A stretch of 12,930 nt of DNA, from positions 1-12,930 of the forward strand of contig JBBILZ010000061.1 in NCBI GenBank assembly GCA_037444665.1. Direction: 5' to 3'. A model generated the notes under the pieces. The model was not told the origin of the DNA and searched no databases. It saw nothing but the letters and a program-made list of their open reading frames with translations. Shown one piece after another: positions 7,142 to 12,930 of this stretch. Both the position numbers and the translations under genes were made by a program. The stretch comes from a candidate division WOR-3 bacterium (lineage in GTDB: Bacteria; Hydrothermota; Tepidihabitantia; SM23-42; JAOAFX01). How positions within the stretch are numbered: position 1 is the stretch's first letter; each line of letters begins with the position of its first letter.

Positions 7142-7828
7142 ATGAAACAATTTGTTGTTATTGGATTGGGAAGATTTGGAACCAGCATTTCCCGTGCACT
7201 CACTGCCAAAAAGTTTGAAGTTCTGGCAATAGACCGAAACGAAGAAAGGGTAAAAGAGATTGAAGGAATCGTATCCCAGGCAGTTGTTGTTGATGCGACC
7301 GATGAAAAGGCATTAAAAGAATTGGGAATTAAGGACTTTGATACGGCAATTGTCGGTATTGGTGAGAATATTGAGGATAGTATAATGGTGACATTACTTC
7401 TAAAAGAATTGGGGCTTAAACAGGTAATCGTAAAGGCACACAATGACCTTCATGCCAAGATTTTACAAAAAGTGGGTGCAGATAGGATCGTCTTTCCCGA
7501 AAAAGAAATGGGCGAAAAGATTGCGGAAAGCCTTGCCAGTCCCAGGATATTTGATTATATTGAACTCTCCACAGAGTATGGTATTCTGGAAATCATAACA
7601 CCCAAAAAGTTCTGCGACAAGACCTTAAGCGAACTTAAACTTCGTGAAAAGTTCGGGGTCAGTGTTATGGCAATCAAAAGGAAGATGCCATATACAAAGG
7701 CAGATGGTTCACCTGATTTTAAAGAAGAGATCATTGTTGGACCTGGTGGTGCAGATGAAATACTTCAGGGTGATGTGCTCGTACTTCTGGGAAACTATAA
7801 AGATTTAAATAAAATTGAAAAATTATGA
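7142..7828 (+). CDS. ktrA: TrkA/KtrA family potassium uptake regulatory (RCK) subunit
   Basis: Rossmann motif VIGLGRFG, VGADRIVFPEKEMG and an RCK_C domain (LKLREKFGVSVMAIKR). Single-RCK size of 228 aa, next to ktrB. Confidence 0.93.
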   Translation: MKQFVVIGLGRFGTSISRALTAKKFEVLAIDRNEERVKEIEGIVSQAVVVDATDEKALKELGIKDFDTAIVGIGENIEDSIMVTLLLKELGLKQVIVKAHNDLHAKILQKVGADRIVFPEKEMGEKIAESLASPRIFDYIELSTEYGILEIITPKKFCDKTLSELKLREKFGVSVMAIKRKMPYTKADGSPDFKEEIIVGPGGADEILQGDVLVLLGNYKDLNKIEKL

Positions 7829-8091
7829 GTGATAACAAAAATGATTATGCAGACGTCTTAGAACTTTCTGAATTTTATATCCTGAGTCAGAAATATGAAG
7901 AGGCAATAAAAATATTAAAAAAAGCTCAAAAACTGAATAACAGAGACCCAAAATTGTATTATAATTTTGGAATCGCCTATGAAGCACTCAATGACCGGGA
8001 TAAAGCAATTAATATGTTCAGACAGGTATTGTCCTTAGACGCCAAGTTCAAAGCAGCACAGGAACACTTAGATAAATTAATAAAAGGGTGA
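7825..8091 (+). CDS. Small tetratricopeptide-repeat protein
   Basis: TPR pattern YYNFGIAYEALNDRDKAINMFRQVLSLD. ATGA overlap with ktrA. Confidence 0.85.
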   Translation: MSDNKNDYADVLELSEFYILSQKYEEAIKILKKAQKLNNRDPKLYYNFGIAYEALNDRDKAINMFRQVLSLDAKFKAAQEHLDKLIKG

Positions 8092-9612
8092 ATGCCCTTC
8101 ACATTTTTATACAACCTATTTTTAGTTAACCTAAAAAATAATTCAGTTAAACTCTGCAATATACTGATCTGCGATAACAAAATTTTTAAAATTTTTTTAA
8201 ATACCTCCAAAACAACAAAATTAATAAAAAATCTTCGCGATAATATCCCTGATATTAAAATCTATAACTTAAATGGTGCCTATGTTATTCCTGGTTTTAC
8301 AGATGCACATATCCATCTGCTCGCCTATGGTATTGAAAAACAGCGTGTCAATCTTTTTCCCTGTAGGTCACTGGATGAATGCCTGGAAAGATTGAACTCA
8401 GCGAAGACAAAAGATTTAATATTTGGTGTTAACTGGGATGAATCTAATTGGAGCAAGGGCAAAAAAGAAGACTTGAACCGTTATATGCTTGACCGGATAT
8501 CAAAAGATAAACCAATAATTATGCGTAGAATCTGTGGCCATTTTGCAGTATGTAATACAAAAGCACTTGAATTTATTCCTTCTGAATGGCGCATCGTGGA
8601 TAGAAAGAATGGCTGTCTTTATGAAGATGCTGCACTCTACTTGAATCAAATCTTCAAGCCCTCTTTAAAAATGTATGAAAAAGGTATTGCTATCGCAATG
8701 GAACATATTCTCTCGCTGGGAATCACATCGGTCCACGAAATTACAGACCTTTATGGCTTTGCCCGATATCAACAATTCAGGGACAATTTAAGAATAAGGG
8801 TTGCAATCTACTTACAAAATGGATTAAACCCGGCAGTTAATTGTGGACTCCAGTCAAACTTTGGTGATGACCTTTTGAAATTCAGTGGTGTTAAATTATT
8901 TATGGATGGTTCAATAGGTGCCAGGACAGCAGCCATTAACAACTACTATCAAAATAGCAAAAACCGCGGTAAACTTTTAATTCTTGAAGATAAATTAGTT
9001 AAAATTCTTAGATATGTTGAAGAACATTCAATTCAGTTAATGATACATTCTATTGGTGACCGTTCCACTGATACAGTACTCAATGCGTTTCATATAGCAG
9101 GAATAAAAAACAATAATCTCCGCCACCGCATTGAGCATCTGGAAATCTTAAATGATAGACAGATTCATAAAATTGCACACTTGGGGCTCATTGCATCAAT
9201 GCAACCAAATTTTTTACGCTGGCAATCTGCCGGAAATATGTATGAAAAAAATTTGGGACCAGTATATAAAAAAATGAACTGCTTTAAAAAAATTGAGTCA
9301 GCAGGGATAAAATTGATATTCGGTTCAGATTGTATGCCTTTAGGACCATTATATGGAATAAATCTTGCAATCAATAATCCTTTTAATTGCGCAAGACTGA
9401 CACCGGCTGAGGCGATCAGATTTTATACTGAAACTGCTTCTTATGCAACATTTGATGAGCATAAAAAAGGAAAGATTGAGGAAGGACAATTTGCAGATCT
9501 TGTGATTGTGAATAAAAATCCATTGGTCAGAACCAATTATGGTGCATTAAAAATATGGATGGTCTTTGTAAATGGAAAACTCGCCTGGAGAAATAATAAA
9601 TCTACAAGTTGA
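8092..9612 (+). CDS. Amidohydrolase family 3 (YtcJ-like) metal-dependent hydrolase
   Basis: Motifs PGFTDAHIH, KLFMDGSIGARTA, HSIGD, RHRIEH, SMQP, FGSD and GKIEEGQFADLV. Confidence 0.92.
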   Translation: MPFTFLYNLFLVNLKNNSVKLCNILICDNKIFKIFLNTSKTTKLIKNLRDNIPDIKIYNLNGAYVIPGFTDAHIHLLAYGIEKQRVNLFPCRSLDECLERLNSAKTKDLIFGVNWDESNWSKGKKEDLNRYMLDRISKDKPIIMRRICGHFAVCNTKALEFIPSEWRIVDRKNGCLYEDAALYLNQIFKPSLKMYEKGIAIAMEHILSLGITSVHEITDLYGFARYQQFRDNLRIRVAIYLQNGLNPAVNCGLQSNFGDDLLKFSGVKLFMDGSIGARTAAINNYYQNSKNRGKLLILEDKLVKILRYVEEHSIQLMIHSIGDRSTDTVLNAFHIAGIKNNNLRHRIEHLEILNDRQIHKIAHLGLIASMQPNFLRWQSAGNMYEKNLGPVYKKMNCFKKIESAGIKLIFGSDCMPLGPLYGINLAINNPFNCARLTPAEAIRFYTETASYATFDEHKKGKIEEGQFADLVIVNKNPLVRTNYGALKIWMVFVNGKLAWRNNKSTS

Positions 9613-9647
9613 TAAATTGTAGTTTGCTGATTTGTCAGGAATAAAAA

Positions 9648-10466
9648 ATGAAAAATTTTATCTGGTATTTTACAAAGGCATATACTAAATTCAATGCTGA
9701 CCGCTGTTCTTTACTCGCCTCAGCATTAGTAAATGCTGCAATCTTCAGCCTTTTCCCTTTAATTTTAGGAATTCTTTCTTTCTCTTTTTTTATACTCGGT
9801 TCATCCCAGGGATTGATTGAAAAAATATTACCGATTTTGAAACAGATTGTGCCAATAGGTCTTGAAGACATTCTAAAAAACATAAAGGCAATAAAACAGA
9901 CCTCTATAATTATCGCAATTATTGGTATGTTTGGATTTTTATGGGGTTCATCAAGTATCTTTAATGCGATTGAATCAAGTCTAAATCTTATCTGGAAGGC
10001 AAAAAAAGATAGACCTTTTTTAAAAAAGAGTTTAATTACAATGGCATGGGCATTTCTGATCTGGATTCTATTAATTGTCTCGGTCGGTATTTCACTCTGG
10101 GCAGGAACAATTGGACTCAAAGGAATTGTTAAATATCTGCCTTTGTTAAATATCATCGTGAGTATCTTTGTCTTTGGTTTTATCTACTGGTTCTTTCCAA
10201 ATCGTAAGGTAAAATTCAAGGAAGCATACTTTGGGGCTTTATTTACTGGAATATTCTGGGAACTGGCAAAGATGCTCTTTACTTTTTATGTTACCAGGGT
10301 GGTTGATTACACAAAGATATTTGGCTCCTTGTCAGCGATTGTTCTACTATTATTGTGGCTCTATTATTCTGCATATATTTTCCTTTTTGGTGCAGAATTA
10401 AGTTATGTTTATGCCCGTCAGAAGTATTTAAAAAAAAGGCCGCAGCATAACCATCTTGCCCCTTGA
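9648..10466 (+). CDS. YihY / virulence factor BrkB family membrane protein
   Basis: Multi-TM protein with FSLFPL, SSIFNAIESSLNLIW, and FGSLSAIVLLLLWLYYSAYIFLFGAEL. Confidence 0.92.
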   Translation: MKNFIWYFTKAYTKFNADRCSLLASALVNAAIFSLFPLILGILSFSFFILGSSQGLIEKILPILKQIVPIGLEDILKNIKAIKQTSIIIAIIGMFGFLWGSSSIFNAIESSLNLIWKAKKDRPFLKKSLITMAWAFLIWILLIVSVGISLWAGTIGLKGIVKYLPLLNIIVSIFVFGFIYWFFPNRKVKFKEAYFGALFTGIFWELAKMLFTFYVTRVVDYTKIFGSLSAIVLLLLWLYYSAYIFLFGAELSYVYARQKYLKKRPQHNHLAP

Positions 10467-10490
10467 TTTTTTAGGGAGAATATATAAAAT
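10463..10490 (+). promoter_or_regulatory. Putative sigma70 promoter, probably yielding a leaderless mRNA
   Basis: TTGATT-N16-TAAAAT with ATG 6 nt after the -10 box and no SD in between. Confidence 0.55.
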
Positions 10491-10496
10491 TTAGTT

Positions 10497-11108
10497 ATGG
10501 CTATAAATGTTCTAAGTTTTATAATATTCACACTCACGATTAAGTCTGCCAATGGAATCTATGTTGGCGATGCAACTTATACAGGAGGCACAAATCTTTT
10601 AACCACCTCATTCAAATTGTATAACCAAAAGGGCGACCTTCTCTATCAAATTATCCATCCTGAAGCAATCACCTTTTTTATCAGCAATACGGGCGAAGTA
10701 TTTGCAACAAATGAGCAGGGTCTTTATCTTTATAACCTGAATGGAACTGTATTACAGTTAAGAAGTCTGCACTACCCGAATGGATTTGGATTTTCTCCTG
10801 ATAATACACTCTTCTTTGCATCGGACCAGGACGGAATTTATGCCTATTCAATGCAAGGAAAGGTTGTTTACCAATTTCCACCGGGTCGGCTCTATGCAAG
10901 CACAGCACAGGCAAGAAAAATGGCAATTGTAAGCACTGATACACTATTTTATTATCAAAAAGGAGAACTTAAATTTCAGAAAATCATAAGCAATCCTTAT
11001 ATCCGGAAGATTTATTTTTCTGACGATGAAAAGATACTCCATCTGGAACTACCTGATTCTACAGAGTCCATTAAAATTTCAGATTTTTGTGTTATGGAGG
11101 AACAATGA
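10497..11108 (+). CDS. Hypothetical exported protein, partial beta-propeller-like repeats
   Basis: Hydrophobic N-terminus and ~36-40 aa beta-strand repeats (LYNQKGDLLY, LYNLNGTVL, AYSMQGKVVY, FSPD). ATGA overlap with the next gene. Confidence 0.7.
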   Translation: MAINVLSFIIFTLTIKSANGIYVGDATYTGGTNLLTTSFKLYNQKGDLLYQIIHPEAITFFISNTGEVFATNEQGLYLYNLNGTVLQLRSLHYPNGFGFSPDNTLFFASDQDGIYAYSMQGKVVYQFPPGRLYASTAQARKMAIVSTDTLFYYQKGELKFQKIISNPYIRKIYFSDDEKILHLELPDSTESIKISDFCVMEEQ

Positions 11109-12310
11109 TTATATTTTTTATCATCACAATTGGGTGGCCCCTCTCACCCCAGAATCAGACCCATCCCTTAGGAAATAACTGGGGTGAATTTCAGGATTAT
11201 GGAGGGAGTCCATATATGCACCCTGGTATTGATGTAATGGGAATCACGGTCGGAAGGCCAGTCTATGCGGTCCAGCGCGGCATTGTCAAGGCTTGGCTTA
11301 CAACCCAGGCAGAATATCACTGGCGACTGGCAATTGCAGATACGAATATCTCAACAGATTCAGTACCAGCCTGGCTCTATGCCCATATTGACCCTAATCA
11401 ATATCATAAAAATGTCGGTGATGTAGTAAACGCGGGCGACCTGATTGGCTATCTTGTTCAATGGCCCGTGACCGGCTTTGACCACTGCCATTTTGCCCGC
11501 ATAAAGGACATTGGTGCAGTCTGGAATACTGGTGACTGGGCATTTATTCAAAATCCTTTAGCCATCATAACGCCTTATGCTGATACTGTAAAACCAGTAT
11601 TTGAAAATGCTTATGGCAGTTACAAATTTGCAATCTGTCAGAACAATACAAGCACCTATCTAAACCCACCAACAACAGTGACCGGAAATGTAGATATCAT
11701 TGCCAAAATTTACGACAAGACAGGATTCCCCTTAACACAGAATCCAGTCTGGGAAGAGATGATACCTTTACGTATCAGTTATGAAATCCATGGACCACAG
11801 AATGTACCAGAAAAACTCTCTTTCTTGTTCCGTGGTTATCTATACTACACAAACAATATCGGGGTTATTTACAAAGATGACGCAACCTGTAATTCACGGG
11901 GTGATTATGATTACCGTGATTACTATTTTATCATAACCAATACTGATGGCGATAGTCTAATTGAATCATCTGATGCCAATTATTCCTGGAATACAACCTC
12001 TTTTCCACCGGGCAATTACTGGATTGTTGTCACTGCATCTGATGCAGCAGGAAATGTTAAAAAAGATAGTATGATGGTCACAATTCCTGGGCAGCAAATC
12101 GCAGAAGTTACTTCATATATTATTTCTGCACAAAATTTTGAGAGTATTATCAAAGAATTTAATGACCTGTTTAAAAAGAATGAAGCACGCCTGTATGATA
12201 TCAGTGGTAGGATAATTGACAGAGAAACGAACCTATCTTCAGGCGTATATTTTCTGATATACAAAAATGATAATCAATTTCACCAGAAAAAGATTGTAAT
12301 TGTAAGATAG
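11105..12310 (+). CDS. M23 family metallopeptidase with Ig-like domain and abbreviated T9SS-like CTD
   Basis: M23 motifs HPGID (HxxxD), YAHI and HCH (HxH). C-terminal LYDISGR...SGVYFL...KKIVIVR. Start placed at ATG 11105 because of GGAGG at 11096-11100 and the ATGA overlap. Confidence 0.85.
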   Translation: MIIFFIITIGWPLSPQNQTHPLGNNWGEFQDYGGSPYMHPGIDVMGITVGRPVYAVQRGIVKAWLTTQAEYHWRLAIADTNISTDSVPAWLYAHIDPNQYHKNVGDVVNAGDLIGYLVQWPVTGFDHCHFARIKDIGAVWNTGDWAFIQNPLAIITPYADTVKPVFENAYGSYKFAICQNNTSTYLNPPTTVTGNVDIIAKIYDKTGFPLTQNPVWEEMIPLRISYEIHGPQNVPEKLSFLFRGYLYYTNNIGVIYKDDATCNSRGDYDYRDYYFIITNTDGDSLIESSDANYSWNTTSFPPGNYWIVVTASDAAGNVKKDSMMVTIPGQQIAEVTSYIISAQNFESIIKEFNDLFKKNEARLYDISGRIIDRETNLSSGVYFLIYKNDNQFHQKKIVIVR

Positions 12311-12322
12311 AGATATCCTTAC

Positions 12323-12400
12323 ATTTGGTTAATTGGTTAAATAGTTAAATTCCGCCGCACTGATTGGCAGATAAATAAGAAGTAGCAAGTAGATAGTAAA
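12323..12400. repeat. Cluster of octamer array, TCCGCC mini-palindrome and degenerate heptamers
   Basis: ATTTGGTT AATTGGTT AAATAGTT AAAT (reverse complement of the 691-725 family). TCCGCC-N9-GGCAGA at 12351-12371. AAGTAGC AAGTAGA TAGTAAA at 12380-12400. Confidence 0.6.
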
Positions 12401-12469
12401 AAGAGAGAAGTTAGATGAAATAAGTGTAAGTAATAGGTTAGCAATTCTAAAAAACTGGAATTAAATCAA

Positions 12470-12557
12470 TGTAGTTGCCCAATTTCCCAAAGGGACTCTC
12501 GTCCCATCGGGACGGAGCATTGGGCTTTTTTTATGTTTGATAAATCAAGCAACTACA
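12470..12557. repeat. Inverted REP doublet (REPIN-like) with nested palindromic insertion
   Basis: TGTAGTTGC (12470-12478) and GCAACTACA (12549-12557) form terminal inverted repeats. Left hairpin is GCCCAAT/ATTGGGC with an insert in its loop. Right hairpin is TGTTTGAT-AA-ATCAAGCA. Confidence 0.85.
12477..12532 (+). terminator. Possible intrinsic terminator formed by the left REP
   Basis: The GCCCAAT...ATTGGGC stem is followed directly by T7 (12526-12532). The branched loop is atypical. Confidence 0.35.
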
Positions 12558-12639
12558 ATTTCAGGGTGCCCAAACTATTATAAATAAGTCAAGGGGTAAT
12601 TGTAGGGTCTCGAGACATAGAATCATTTCTTTTTAGTAG

Positions 12640-12667
12640 TTGACGATTAATTTTTTTTAGTTATAAT
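12640..12667 (+). promoter_or_regulatory. Putative sigma70 promoter for tRNA-Gln
   Basis: TTGACG-N16-TATAAT. Confidence 0.75.
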
Positions 12668-12696
12668 ACTCTGTTGAGCAGTCTAATATAATTATC

Positions 12697-12767
12697 TGGG
12701 GGATCGTCTAACGGCAGGACGGTTGGCTCTGGACCAACTGATCGGGGTTCAAATCCCTGTCCCCCAG
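12697..12767 (+). tRNA. tRNA-Gln(CTG)
   Basis: Acceptor stem TGGGGGA/TCCCCCA plus discriminator G, with U1-A72 typical of tRNA-Gln. Anticodon arm GTTGG-CTCTGGA-CCAAC (CTG at 12729-12731). T-arm CGGGG-TTCAAAT-CCCTG. CCA not encoded. Confidence 0.95.
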
Positions 12768-12930
12768 TTCTTTAAAATAACCCAAATGACCTATTGTAAA
12801 TCGGTAAGAGGTAAGTTTTTCCCAAAGAATGGGATAGATCTCCCTTAATCGGTGTTTCACACCGTATCATATCTCTATTCAAACTACATTTTAGGGCCGA
12901 TGCTAAAAGTATCCTAATCTATGGAGGTCC

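Noticed and set aside
329..12264. Antisense and alternate-frame ORFs (e.g. 1369-1677, 6566-7006, 9635-10156)
   Set aside because: They overlap well-supported + strand genes and show no recognisable motifs, so they are treated as shadow ORFs.
691..12440. Single 11-kb mobile element bounded by inverted arrays
   Set aside because: The array order is not mirror-symmetric, the cargo is housekeeping genes, and there is no integrase, transposase or tRNA 3' duplication.
12565..12592. Minus-strand promoter (TTGACT at 12587-12592)
   Set aside because: No -10-like hexamer lies at 16-18 bp spacing.

Overview
AT-rich bacterial chromosomal window with all credible genes on the + strand. The gene set and C-terminal domains suggest an FCB-related or WOR-3-like lineage, which is inference only. 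In order it holds: the 3' part of an FG-GAP protein with a FlgD-Ig/T9SS-like C-terminal domain (CTD), a seven-bladed FG-GAP protein with a CTD, a putative lipoprotein, tRNA-Val(GAC), a coiled-coil C4 zinc-ribbon protein, RNase HI, KtrB/KtrA potassium uptake genes, a TPR protein, a YtcJ-like amidohydrolase, YihY/BrkB, a hypothetical protein, an M23 peptidase with a CTD and tRNA-Gln(CTG). The unusual part is non-coding. Three intergenic regions downstream of secreted-protein genes (841-1105, 4250-4305, 12320-12620) contain GTAG-type REP hairpins with covarying stems. The first and third also contain degenerate 7-, 8- and 9-nt tandem arrays and palindromes nested in the loop of other palindromes. 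Similar arrays lie in frame inside the CTD of the first gene. No transposase or reverse transcriptase is encoded in the window. Five sigma70-like promoters all have a 16-bp spacer, and some point to leaderless starts.
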